Shown here: piece after piece, positions 1 to 12,624 of the stretch
Position numbering within the stretch: position 1 is the stretch's first letter
How the letters are laid out: each line of letters starts with the position of its first letter
Assembly: GCA_964016885.1 (NCBI GenBank)
Contig: OZ024747.1
Location: 93,887,929-93,951,928 of the forward strand
From: Eledone cirrhosa
Lineage: Eukaryota
DNA: 64,000 bases
Reading direction: 5' to 3'
Notes under the pieces: generated by a model
Database searches by the model: none
Told to the model about the DNA's origin: nothing
What the model saw: only the letters and a program-made list of their open reading frames with translations
Translations under genes and position numbers: made by a program

Positions 1-77
1 CCAGGAAAAAAGAGTGCTCTATGTAAGCAACAGAGCTTAATTATTATTATTATGTAATAAACAACATAAGGCAATTA

Positions 78-137
78 TTCCATTTACCAGTGGTTTCTTA
101 AAAGCAAAAGGTTTTGCTTTCAATCCTCAGAATGAAA
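78..137 (-). ncRNA. Type I hammerhead ribozyme (PLE-A pseudo-LTR)
   Basis: Exact reverse complement of 3219-3278: CUGAGGA, helix II, GAAA, CC-ACU-GG, GUA cleavage triplet. Confidence 0.85.
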
Positions 138-346
138 AATCCTGGTTTGTTTATTGAATATGGATTCTAAAAACGAAAATGCAATCTATATGAAAGTGAG
201 GCTGGAAAAGGGAGAAGGAAAGGAAAAATAAAATAAAATAAAACTACACATGCAAACACACACAAAAAAACCCAAAAGCATACTTACACACACACACATA
301 TATACACATATAATTTGCACGCATACACATATACACATACACATAC

Positions 347-415
<69 letters not shown>

Positions 416-516
416 CACATACATACACATATATATATATAAAGAGCGTACACCTACACACACATACACATATATATACACACATATACACATACATATA
501 TTCATACATACACACG

Positions 517-552
<36 letters not shown>

Positions 553-574
553 TATATATACACATGTACATATC

Positions 575-620
<46 letters not shown>

Positions 621-643
621 CATATACACACATATACACATAT

Positions 644-679
<36 letters not shown>

Positions 680-1075
680 GTGTGTACAAGCCTACACATA
701 CACACACACATATATATACACACACATATACATACATTCACACAAACATACAACGTACATACATACACATACATGAATGCACTCCACTACATATTAACAC
801 ACGCAAATAAATATAAGAAAAAAATATATAAATAATATTAACAAATATTTGACAGCGATACATGCCCCAGCTAACAGGACAGACACGCGTGGTAAGTAAT
901 ACACACATAAGCGCATATACATACGTTCGAAATAGTAAACACATACACACACTCTCACACATAAATATACATATACAAATACATAAACACGTACATACAC
1001 ATACATACGCAAACACGTACACGTATACAATATAAACACACACATGTATATGTAATTATATACACACACACACAC

Positions 1076-1132
<57 letters not shown>

Positions 1133-1417
1133 CATACAAAAATATAAAAATATAAACGCACACACACATATAAATACGTAAACACACATATACATACATA
1201 GCTAAACAATTAAACACATGCAAATACGTATATATCAAAAGAACGCACAACCAAATACAAACACACACACATATATACACACACACACACCCACACACAA
1301 ACCCACACATACATAAAAATAAATAAAAACACACGCAACATATACATACATACACGTACATATACATATATACATATATACATATACATATATATATATA
1401 CACATATATATACACAA

Positions 1418-1451
<34 letters not shown>

Positions 1452-1592
1452 ACGTACACATACACACATGCATACACATACACACACACATATACATGTG
1501 TGTATGTGTAAAGCTCAGTATTAGATAAGACAAATGAACCTTACATAAACGTATATATAGTAGTAAAGTAATAAAGCCATACAAGGCAATTA

Positions 1593-1652
1593 ATCCATTC
1601 ACCAGAGGTTTCTTAAAAGCAAAAAAAGTTTCCTTCAATCTTCAGAATGAAA
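1593..1652 (-). ncRNA. Hammerhead-like motif with GUG at the cleavage triplet (PLE-A internal copy)
   Basis: Reverse complement of 6023-6082. Confidence 0.7.
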
Positions 1653-3218
1653 TATACAAATATATACACACATACAGACACGCACACACACATATATATA
1701 TATATACATATATACATATATGTACATATATATATATATATATATATACAGACATATATACATACACACATATACACACACATACATATACATACATACA
1801 TACACATATATATACATACACAAACATATACGTACACATATACATATATACACACAAAAATACATACACATACACATAGGTATGTGAAGGGCAAAACAAA
1901 AAGAATATATGGGGTGGGGGGCCTAGAGGAGGTAAAAATATAAAGGGAGGTAAGGGAGAAAAAAATATTTTTTAAATACAAGAGTACAGAAGGTAGAAGC
2001 AGCAAAATAAAAGCCGTAGCAAAAGTAAAGAGCAGAGAAGGAGTTCAAGGCGGTTGATTTATCGTAGGAGTGTCAATCCAGTTACAGATCAGATGCGATT
2101 TCAGATGAGGACAGCATCTGAAGATCTCAGTCTTAGAGTTAAGGCAAGCGGAAGTGTCTCTCAAGTTTAGCAAAATCCTATACTTTTCTGTGGTACACAA
2201 AGAACAATTCTTTGTGCCCCTTTGGTACTCCCTCGAATGGTCTAATATAGACCAATCAATAGAGTACGGGATATTACTATCCTTGAGATCCCATACCTTA
2301 CTTGCGAGGGCCGTTGATGTTCGTTTATCTGAGTGTTTAAAAGAAGCGACATGTGAGTAAAATCTGGTTTTAAACCTGTCCTGGGTCATACCGACATATC
2401 GCTCGCTTCTGGCTGGCTGGTTGTTGATAACTGGCGTTATTTTAGCCTCATAAACGACAGATTTTGTTTTACATTTACCCTGCAATGGGCATTCATCCGG
2501 CTTCCTGCAACTGCATCCTGGATTTATCCTCGTACGGTTTGAACTGGTGATTTTGGATTTCATGGATGGACAACAAGAGTAGCTGATCTTAACTACATTC
2601 CTATTAAAAATCTTATAATATCTATGAATAGGAGGAAAATGTTTGTCTAATAGTTCAAGGAATTTCCTTCCTACATTAGTTTTGACATTTAGAGAGAAGG
2701 GGGGTGTGAACCAAATAATCTTCCTTTTCCTGTTATTATGGTTAGTTTTAGGGGGGGGGAATAGGTAAATAAGAAATATTTTCTGTAAAACCGCTGTTCT
2801 TAAGGGCTTTATTATAATAAGGGGCGGCTTTATTAAAAATGTCTATAGACGAAGATAAAGTAGAAATCCTACGGCTAATGTTAGGAATAAGATTATTAAA
2901 AACTATAGGGGGATGGCAAGACTCTTTGTGTATATACCTAAGATTTTCATTAGGTTTATGATAGGGTTTAAAAGAGGCAGTAAGTAGATCAAGATTAATA
3001 TCAAGAAAGTTAGCATTAGTAAGGTTCGTATCTATAGTAATTTTAAGGTTAAGATTAGCAAAGGTACTAATTAAATCTTTACGGAATTTTTTGTGTGTGT
3101 TTGCATGTGTAGTTTTATTTTATTTTATTTTTCCTTTCCTTCTCCCTTTTCCAGCCTCACTTTCATATAGATTGCATTTTCGTTTTTAGAATCCATATTC
3201 AATAAACAAACCAGGATT

Positions 3219-3278
3219 TTTCATTCTGAGGATTGAAAGCAAAACCTTTTGCTTTTAAGAAACCACTGGTAAATGGAA
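3219..3278 (+). ncRNA. Type I hammerhead ribozyme; predicted cleavage after 3271
   Basis: tttcatt-CTGAGGA(3226)-ttgaaagcaaaa/cc/ttttgcttttaa-GAAA(3259)-ccactg-GTA-aatggaa. All core nucleotides are present and helices I-III can pair. Confidence 0.87.
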
Positions 3279-3497
3279 TAATTGCCTTATGTTGTTTATT
3301 ACATAATAATAATAATTAAGCTCTGTTGCTTACATAGAGCACTCTTTTTTCCTGGACTTTTCCGATGGAATTACTTCATTTATACAGCTCCAACCGGGAT
3401 TGATCGCAGCATATTCGATATTACATATACGATTGGCACTTTCCAGCCCGATTAGTTGAGCACTCTACAGTTTTCAGGAATTTAACCAACATACACC

Positions 3498-5630
3498 ATG
3501 GACCTTTATGATTTGGATTATTCTATCAAAAACATACCCACTCCTTCCAACACAACATACACCAAAATCCTCATTGATAAAATCGAGCAAGTCGTTAAAA
3601 GAATGAGATGGAAGGCAATGGTTTACGATGGACTATTCAGTGCTGATACTAAAGATAATTTTGACATTAAATCCCGTAAATATCCACCTAGAATTAAAGA
3701 CATGGCCAACTTCGAATTAGACCTCGTTAATCTAATTAGTGATATCAAATTTCGTAAGTACAATAATAATTTTCAAACTAAACTTTCTCACGATATCTCT
3801 AATTTTAGAAATTCTACAAACACTTTTGTTCTTTCTGATAAAACCAAAAACCTCTTTGAAGTTAATAGTAATTTGTATAACCAACTTTTAACTAATAGTA
3901 TTACCAATAAATATCAATTAACTAATAATAATAGCTACAATACTATCAATAAAGAAGCTAAAGAACTAGCTAGTTCTTTACAAATAGATAACCGGATTGA
4001 AAGCTTAGCTAAGCGTAAAGAATATATTACCCTTAAAGACCATAAATTGGACTTTACTAATCGACCTAGTTGTAGACTGATTAACCCGGCTAAATCCGAG
4101 GTTGGCCTTGCTAGTAAGAAAATCTTAAGAAAAATAATTATCCAAATTAGAACTAACACTGTCCTTTCACAGTGGCTAAATACTTCCTCTGTTATTTCTT
4201 GGTTCAATAATATACAAGGTAAAAATAAGTGTAGATTTACGCAATTTGATATTGTCGATTTTTACCCTTCTATTACCGTTTCCTTATTAACTAAAGCCTT
4301 AGATTTTGCAAGACCCTTCATTAATATCTCCAAATTAGAAGAGGACATTATCTTTCATGCCAGAAAAACTTTACTTTTTACTAATGATAAGATTTGGGTT
4401 AAAAAGTCAAACCCTGAAAACTCTTTCGATGTTGCAATGGGTTCTTATGACAGTGCGGATGTGTGCGACTTAGTAGGATTATTCCTTCTCCACACACTCA
4501 AAGAGAAATTTCCGTCCCATAATATCGGTTTATACCGTGATGACGGATTAGCAGTTTCTCATACCACCAATGGCCATAATCTTGATAAATTCCGTAAAGA
4601 TTTAATTAGTACCTTTGCTAATCTTAACCTTAAAATTACTATAGATACGAACCTTACTAATGCTAACTTTCTTGATATTAATCTTGATCTACTTACTGCC
4701 TCTTTTAAACCCTATCATAAACCTAATGAAAATCTTAGGTATATACACAAAGAGTCTTGCCATCCCCCTATAGTTTTTAATAATCTTATTCCTAACATTA
4801 GCCGTAGGATTTCTACTTTATCTTCGTCTATAGACATTTTTAATAAAGCCGCCCCTTATTATAATAAAGCCCTTAAGAACAGCGGTTTTACAGAAAATAT
4901 TTCTTATTTACCTATTCCCCCCCCTAAAACTAACCATAATAACAGGAAAAGGAAGATTATTTGGTTCACACCCCCCTTCTCTCTAAATGTCAAAACTAAT
5001 GTAGGAAGGAAATTCCTTGAACTATTAGACAAACATTTTCCTCCTATTCATAGATATTATAAGATTTTTAATAGGAATGTAGTTAAGATCAGCTACTCTT
5101 GTTGTCCATCCATGAAATCCAAAATCACCAGTTCAAACCGTACGAGGATAAATCCAGGATGCAGTTGCAGGAAGCCGGATGAATGCCCATTGCAGGGTAA
5201 ATGTAAAACAAAATCTGTCGTTTATGAGGCTAAAATAACGCCAGTTATCAACAACCAGCCAGCCAGAAGCGAGCGATATGTCGGTATGACCCAGGACAGG
5301 TTTAAAACCAGATTTTACTCACATGTCGCTTCTTTTAAACACTCAGATAAACGAACATCAACGGCCCTCGCAAGTAAGGTATGGGATCTCAAGGATAGTA
5401 ATATCCCGTACTCTATTGATTGGTCTATATTAGACCATTCGAGGGAGTACCAAAGGGGCACAAAGAATTGTTCTTTGTGTACCACAGAAAAGTATAGGAT
5501 TTTGCTAAACTTGAGAGACACTTCCGCTTGCCTTAACTCTAAGACTGAGATCTTCAGATGCTGTCCTCATCTGAAATCGCATCTGATCTGTAACTGGATT
5601 GACACTCCTACGATAAATCAACCGCCTTGA
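3498..5630 (+). CDS. PLE reverse transcriptase plus C-terminal GIY-YIG endonuclease, 710 aa, uninterrupted (probably Hydra clade)
   Basis: RT motifs FDIVDFYPSI, MGSYDSA, GLYRDD and FLDINL; linker CSCRKPDECPLQGKC; endonuclease VVY...YVG, RFYSH, CSLCTTEK...LN...CCPH. The clade assignment is an inference from the motif pattern. Confidence 0.95.
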   Translation: MDLYDLDYSIKNIPTPSNTTYTKILIDKIEQVVKRMRWKAMVYDGLFSADTKDNFDIKSRKYPPRIKDMANFELDLVNLISDIKFRKYNNNFQTKLSHDISNFRNSTNTFVLSDKTKNLFEVNSNLYNQLLTNSITNKYQLTNNNSYNTINKEAKELASSLQIDNRIESLAKRKEYITLKDHKLDFTNRPSCRLINPAKSEVGLASKKILRKIIIQIRTNTVLSQWLNTSSVISWFNNIQGKNKCRFTQFDIVDFYPSITVSLLTKALDFARPFINISKLEEDIIFHARKTLLFTNDKIWVKKSNPENSFDVAMGSYDSADVCDLVGLFLLHTLKEKFPSHNIGLYRDDGLAVSHTTNGHNLDKFRKDLISTFANLNLKITIDTNLTNANFLDINLDLLTASFKPYHKPNENLRYIHKESCHPPIVFNNLIPNISRRISTLSSSIDIFNKAAPYYNKALKNSGFTENISYLPIPPPKTNHNNRKRKIIWFTPPFSLNVKTNVGRKFLELLDKHFPPIHRYYKIFNRNVVKISYSCCPSMKSKITSSNRTRINPGCSCRKPDECPLQGKCKTKSVVYEAKITPVINNQPARSERYVGMTQDRFKTRFYSHVASFKHSDKRTSTALASKVWDLKDSNIPYSIDWSILDHSREYQRGTKNCSLCTTEKYRILLNLRDTSACLNSKTEIFRCCPHLKSHLICNWIDTPTINQPP

Positions 5631-6022
5631 ACTCCTTCTCTGCTCTTTACTTTTGCTACGGCTTTTATTTTGCTGCTTCTACCTTCTGTACTCTTGTATT
5701 TAAAAAATATTTTTTTCTCCCTTACCTCCCTTTATATTTTTACCTCCTCTAGGCCCCCCACCCCATATATTCTTTTTGTTTTGCCCTTCACATACCTATG
5801 TGTATGTGTATGTATTTTTGTGTGTATATATGTATATGTGTACGTATATGTTTGTGTATGTATATATATGTGTATGTATGTATGTATATGTATGTGTGTG
5901 TATATGTGTGTATGTATATATGTCTGTATATATATATATATATATATATGTACATATATGTATATATGTATATATATATATATGTGTGTGTGCGTGTCTG
6001 TATGTGTGTATATATTTGTATA

Positions 6023-6082
6023 TTTCATTCTGAAGATTGAAGGAAACTTTTTTTGCTTTTAAGAAACCTCTGGTGAATGGAT
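6023..6082 (+). ncRNA. Hammerhead-like motif with non-canonical GUG cleavage triplet
   Basis: CTGAAGA(6030)...GAAA(6063)cctctg-GTG-aatgga; a paralogue of the pseudo-LTR hammerhead. Confidence 0.7.
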
Positions 6083-6223
6083 TAATTGCCTTGTATGGCT
6101 TTATTACTTTACTACTATATATACGTTTATGTAAGGTTCATTTGTCTTATCTAATACTGAGCTTTACACATACACACATGTATATGTGTGTGTGTATGTG
6201 TATGCATGTGTGTATGTGTACGT

Positions 6224-6255
<32 letters not shown>

Positions 6256-6540
6256 TTGTGTATATATATGTGTATATATATATATGTATATGTATATATG
6301 TATATATGTATATGTACGTGTATGTATGTATATGTTGCGTGTGTTTTTATTTATTTTTATGTATGTGTGGGTTTGTGTGTGGGTGTGTGTGTGTGTATAT
6401 ATGTGTGTGTGTTTGTATTTGGTTGTGCGTTCTTTTGATATATACGTATTTGCATGTGTATAATTGTTTAGCTATGTATGTATATGTGTGTTTACGTATT
6501 TATATGTGTGTGTGCGTTTATATTTTTATATTTTTGTATG

Positions 6541-6601
<61 letters not shown>

Positions 6602-6997
6602 GTGTGTGTGTGTGTATATAATTACATATACATGTGTGTGTTTATATTGTATACGTGTACGTGTTTGCGTATGTATGTGTATGTACGTGTTTATGTATTT
6701 GTATATGTATATTTATGTGTGAGAGTGTGTGTATGTGTTTACTATTTCGAACGTATGTATATGCGCTTATGTGTGTATTACTTACCACGCGTGTCTGTCC
6801 TGTTAGCTGGGGCATGTATCGCTGTCAAATATTTGTTAATATTATTTATATATTTTTTTCTTATATTTATTTGCGTGTGTTAATATGTAGTGGAGTGCAT
6901 TCATGTATGTGTATGTATGTACGTTGTATGTTTGTGTGAATGTATGTATATGTGTGTGTATATATATGTGTGTGTGTATGTGTAGGCTTGTACACAC

Positions 6998-7033
<36 letters not shown>

Positions 7034-7056
7034 ATATGTGTATATGTGTGTATATG

Positions 7057-7104
<48 letters not shown>

Positions 7105-7126
7105 GATATGTACATGTGTATATATA

Positions 7127-7162
<36 letters not shown>

Positions 7163-7263
7163 CGTGTGTATGTATGAATATATGTATGTGTATATGTGTG
7201 TATATATATGTGTATGTGTGTGTAGGTGTACGCTCTTTATATATATATATGTGTATGTATGTG

Positions 7264-7318
<55 letters not shown>

Positions 7319-7527
7319 GTATGTGTATGTGTATATGTGTATGCGTGCAAATTATATGTGTATATATGTGTGTGTGTGTAAGTATGCTTTTGGGTTTTTT
7401 TGTGTGTGTTTGCATGTGTAGTTTTATTTTATTTTATTTTTCCTTTCCTTCTCCCTTTTCCAGCCTCACTTTCATATAGATTGCATTTTCGTTTTTAGAA
7501 TCCATATTCAATAAACAAACCAGGATT

Positions 7528-7587
7528 TTTCATTCTGAGGATTGAAAGCAAAACCTTTTGCTTTTAAGAAACCACTGGTAAATGGAA
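7528..7587 (+). ncRNA. Type I hammerhead ribozyme (3' pseudo-LTR); predicted cleavage after 7580
   Basis: Identical to 3219-3278. Confidence 0.87.
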
Positions 7588-7636
7588 TAATTGCCTTATG
7601 TTGTTTATTACATAATAATAATATATATATATATAT

Positions 7637-8888
7637 ACGAAAAAGTGAGTCCTTCATCAGTGACCCTCCAACCGTCCTGGGCATTTCATCGCTTTAAGGG
7701 CCATATGCCTCGGGTTGGTGCGAACAACGGCTAAAAAAAGTCGTTGGGACACGTAAATAAAGGGGGACGCCAGAGTAACAACAAACAAGTTTTAGCAACG
7801 GAAAGTGAGTAGAAATAGACAAGTTCCAGATCTCTATGAATATAAACTCTGTGAAATCGTGAACAAGAGACAAAAGACCATCAAACCTGGTTGAAATGTG
7901 AGCAAGGAAAGAATTTCGCCCAAGTTTGACGGGGGGGAAAAAGAGAGAGAGAAAAAGGAGAGAAGAGGAAGAGGAAGAAGAAGAAGAAGAAGAAGAAGAA
8001 GAAGAAGAAGAAGAAGAAGAAGAAGAAGATAAAGGGGTCTGTTCTACGAATTCAGTAAACGTAAGTTTTGTGAAGTCGCAGACGAAAGAGAGAGAGAAAA
8101 AAATTTCATACCAGCTTGGTCAAGACCGCGCGAGAAAAGAATTACACACAGGTCAAACTTGAAGGAGGAGGAGGAAAGAGGAGGAGGAGAGGTAGTGACA
8201 GAGAATGAGTGAGTGAAAGTTGAGGAGGAGGCTAACAGAGAGAGAGACTGCTAGAAAGGGTAAAGATACAAACGAAACACGAATGGCAGCATGGAAAAAA
8301 TATATGTGTAAATATGATAATAATGGAGCTGCGGCGTTGCAAATGGGATACATATGAAAAAGTGAGTCCTTCATCAGTGACCCTCCAACCGTCCTGGGCA
8401 TTTCATCGCTTTGAGGGCCATATGCCTCGGGTTGGTGCGAACAACGGCTAAAAAAAGTCGTTGGGACACGTAAATAAAGGGGGACGCCAGAGTAACAACA
8501 AAAAAGTTTTAGCAACGGAAAGTGAGTAGAAATAGACAAGTCCCAGATCTCTATGAATATAAACTCTGTGAAATCGTGAACAAGAGACAAAAGACCATCA
8601 AACCTGGTTGAAATGTGAGCAAGGAAAGAATTTCGCCCAAGTTTGACGGGGGGGAAAAAAGAGAGAGAGAAAAAGGAGAGAAGAGGAAGAAGAAGAAGAA
8701 GAAAAAGAAGAAGAAGAAGAAGAAGAAGAAGAAGAAGAAGAAGAAGAAGAAGAAGAAGAAGAAGAAGAAGAAGAAGATAAAGGGGTCTGTTCTACGAATT
8801 CAGTAAACGTAAGTTTTGTCACTGATGAAGGACTCACTTTTTCATATGTATCCCATTTGCAACGCCGCAGCTCCATTATTATCATATT

Positions 8889-8892
<4 letters not shown>
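7637..8892 (-). mobile_element. Non-coding partial-tandem element (717-bp monomer) with short inverted arm; putative non-autonomous PLE-mobilised element
   Basis: 7639-8072 is repeated at 8356-8819, and 8818-8892 is the reverse complement of ~8307-8381. Both ends lie in (TA)n, and there is an internal (GAA)n. Confidence 0.6.
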
Positions 8893-8928
<36 letters not shown>

Positions 8929-8951
8929 CACATATATATAAAACATACACT

Positions 8952-9019
<68 letters not shown>

Positions 9020-9473
9020 CACACACATGTATACATATATATATATATATTCACATATATACATACATATATATACATTTGTGTACAAGCATACACATAC
9101 ACAAACATAGCCATACACACACACATATACATACATACATTCACACAATCATACATATATACATACGTACATACATACACATACATAAATGCACTCCTCT
9201 ACATATTCACACACGCAAATAAATATTAAAAAAAAAAATATATATATTAAAAATTTTTGACACCGTTACATAAGGCAGCTAACTGGACAGACACGCGTGG
9301 TAAGTAATACACACAAATGCACGTATACATACGTACGAAATCGTAAACACATACACACACTCTCACACATAAATATACATATACAAATACATAAACACAT
9401 ACATACACATACATGCACAAACACGCACACGTATACAATATATACACACACATATATGTATATGTAACTATAT

Positions 9474-9526
<53 letters not shown>

Positions 9527-9790
9527 CACATACATATGCATACACATACACACACACATACATGTGTGTATGTGTAAAACTCAGTCTTAGATAATTCATA
9601 TGAACCTTACATATACGTATATATAGTAGTAAAGTAATAAAGCAACATAAGGCAATTATTCCATTCACCAGTGGTTTCTTAAAAGCAAAAAATTTTTCCT
9701 TCAATCTTCAGAATGAAAAAAACCTGGTTTATCCACATATACATACATATACACACACAAATATATACATATATATACACACATACACAT

Positions 9791-9823
<33 letters not shown>

Positions 9824-11055
9824 CATACATATATATATATATATATACACACAAATATACATACACATACACATAGGTATGTGAAGGGCATGGCAAAAAG
9901 AATATATGGGGGGGGGGGGAGACATAAGAAAAGGTAAAATATAAGGGGAGGTAAGGGAGAAAAAAAAAAAAAGTAAATATATAAGAGTACAGAACGTAGA
10001 ATCAGCAAAATAAAAACCGTAGCAGAAGTAAAGAGCAGAAAAGGAGTTCAAGGCGGTTGATTTATCATAGGAGTGTCAATCCAGTTACAGATCAGATGCG
10101 ATTTCAGATGAGGACAGCATCTGAAGATCTCAGTCTTTGAGTTAAGGCAAGCGGAAGTGGCTCTCAAGTTTAGCAAAATCCTATACTTTTCTGTGGTACA
10201 CAAAGAACAATTCTTAGTGCCCCTTTGGTACTCCCTCGAATGGTCTAATATAGACCAATCAATAGAGTACGGGATGTTACTATCCTTGAGTTCCCACACC
10301 TTACTTGCGAGGGCCGTTGATGTTCGTTTATCGGAGTGCTTAAAAGAAGCGACATGTGAGTAAAATCTGGTTTTAAACCTGTCCTGGGTCATACCGACAT
10401 ATCGCTCACTCCTGGCTGGCTGGTTGTTGATTACTGGTGTTATCTTAGCCTCATAAACGACAGATTTGGTGTTATATTTACCCTGCAATGGGCATTCATC
10501 CGGCTTCCTGCAACTGCATCCTGGATTTATTCTCGTACGGTTTGAACTGGTGATTTTGAACTTCATAGATGGGCAACAAGAGTAGCTGATCTTAACTACG
10601 TTCCTATTAAATATCTTATAATATCTATGATTAGGAGGAAAATGTTTGTCTAATAGTTCAAGGAATTTCCTTCCTACATTAGTTTTGACAGTTAGAGAGA
10701 AGGGGTGTGTGAACCAAATAATCTTCCTTTTCCTGTTATTGTGGTTAGTTTTAGGGGGGGGGGGAGTAGGTAAATAAGAAATTTTTTCTGTAAAACCGCT
10801 GTTCTTAAGGGCTTTATTATAATAAGGGGCGGCTTTATTAAAAATGTCTATAGACGAAAATAAGGTAGAAATCCTACGGCTAATGTTAGGAATAAGATTA
10901 TTAAAAACTATAGGGGATGGCAAGACTCTTTGTGTATATACCTAAGATTTTCATTAGGTTTATGATAGGGTTTAAAAGAGGCAGTAAGTAGATCAAGATT
11001 AATATCAAGAAAGTTAGCATTAGAAAGGTTCGTATCTATAGTAATTTTAAGGTTA
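8893..11055 (-). mobile_element. PLE family A, diverged 5'-truncated copy (frameshift near 10915)
   Basis: ORFs 10048-10923 and 10908-11055 match the C-terminal half of the 710-aa protein with scattered substitutions. The 3' UTR carries a GUG-type hammerhead at 9658-9717. Confidence 0.92.
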
Positions 11056-11058
11056 TAT

Positions 11059-11107
<49 letters not shown>

Positions 11108-11129
11108 TAGATAGATGTGTGTATATATA

Positions 11130-11212
11130 CAGAGTGTCCCCTAAAAATGTATACACACTTCAACAGCATTCAAATATACATATATGTGTATACATTTTTG
11201 GGGGACACTCTG
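11130..11212. mobile_element. Tc1/mariner-type MITE (83 bp)
   Basis: ~28-bp terminal inverted repeats cagagtgtcccc(t/c)aaaaatgtatacaca, flanked by TA on both sides. Confidence 0.75.
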
Positions 11213-11366
11213 TATATAGACAGATATATGTAGGTGTGTGTGTATGTATATATATACATATATATAAATATATATATATATCTTTCTCTTTCTCTCTATA
11301 TATAACCAGAATGGTTGCATTTTTTAAGGGTATGTCAATATTTATTTATAAAACTAACCTATATTA

Positions 11367-11432
11367 TATTTTATCTGATGAAAGCGCACCATAGTTTGCT
11401 CTGGTGGCCCTTGAAATATGTATAATGAAATA
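11367..11432 (+). ncRNA. Hammerhead ribozyme in a solo PLE-B-related pseudo-LTR (~11310-11475)
   Basis: tattttat-CTGATGA(11375)-helix II-GAAA(11413)-tatgtATA-atgaaata. Confidence 0.75.
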
Positions 11433-11482
11433 AATATGGTTTTATAAATATAGTTTCCATTTGTTAATATATTGTATAATAT

Positions 11483-11531
<49 letters not shown>

Positions 11532-11540
11532 ATATATATA

Positions 11541-11820
11541 TCATCATCATCGTTTAACGTCCATGTTCCACGCTTGCATGGGTTTGGACGGTAATTTTCC
11601 CACTTGAGGCAAGATTGGTTGTCTTGCTCGTATAGGACTGTCTGGCGGGTTTTCTACGGCTGGATGCCTTCCCTAACACCAACCACATTTACAGTGTGGA
11701 ACTGGGAGGTTTTTACCGTGTTACCTACACGCCCACATTACAGCGTGGACTGTGTGTTTTTTTGTCGTGACACCTACACGACCTCATTTGTTTCGGACTG
11801 GATGTTGTGGTAGCAACATA
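11541..11820 (-). mobile_element. SINE or RTE-tail repeat ending in (GAT)n; second copy at 45286-45571
   Basis: Two near-identical copies; shares ggtgttaggaagggcatccagc and ggacgttaaacgatgatg with the other SINE tails. Confidence 0.7.
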
Positions 11821-11954
11821 ACTTTACATTGAAAGGAGTGGTGTGGATGGGGTGGGGGTAGTGGGACGGGGGTGTATTTTGTTAGAGGTGCCTACTGACT
11901 GTAGTAGGTTTCACTTTGTACTTAGGTAAGGCAGGTCTTCTGTATTACTGTGTA

Positions 11955-12264
<310 letters not shown>

Positions 12265-12533
12265 TATATATATATATATATACATATATACATACATATA
12301 TATATACACACCTCACATATATACACACAATAGAATGCATCACACCACTTCAATTGTGCTATTCTTGAATATATATATTCACTAAAATAATAATAATAAT
12401 AATAATTCATTATTATTAACTTTCACCCCACATAATATATTTTTTAAACAATCACTGTAAAATATGCAACATCTTCACAATATTTGTTCTCTTCTTTCTC
12501 TCTCTCCCTCCCCCACTTTCTCTCTCTGTCTCC

Positions 12534-12585
<52 letters not shown>

Positions 12586-12624
12586 AGCATATAGAAATAT
12601 GTATATATATATATGATAATGATA

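Larger units (their letters stand above)
1..3089 (-). mobile_element. Penelope-like element family A, inverted 5'-truncated arm (3' part of RT, GIY-YIG, 3' UTR, pseudo-LTR and extension running off the window)
   Basis: Reverse complement of ~4587-7620 plus 3318-3355. ORF 2045-2563 is identical to the C-terminal 172 aa of ORF 3498-5630. One extra G in the run at 2751-2759 causes a frameshift. Confidence 0.93.
3087..7622 (+). mobile_element. Penelope-like element family A, full-length copy with pseudo-LTRs (3087-3313 repeated at ~7397-7622), ending in (TA)n
   Basis: Direct terminal repeats containing hammerheads, a single RT plus GIY-YIG ORF, and a ~2 kb microsatellite-rich 3' UTR. Confidence 0.95.

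Noticed and set aside
186-2005. Numerous Y/I/V/C/H/T-rich ORFs here and throughout the window
   Set aside because: Translations of (TA)n/(CA)n/(TG)n microsatellites that lack stop codons by composition.
8818-8845. Canonical hammerhead, SECIS or C/D snoRNA at CTGATGAAGGAC
   Set aside because: No closing helix II with GAAA, no apical AA with correct spacing, and no terminal stem; kept only as an unclassified structure.
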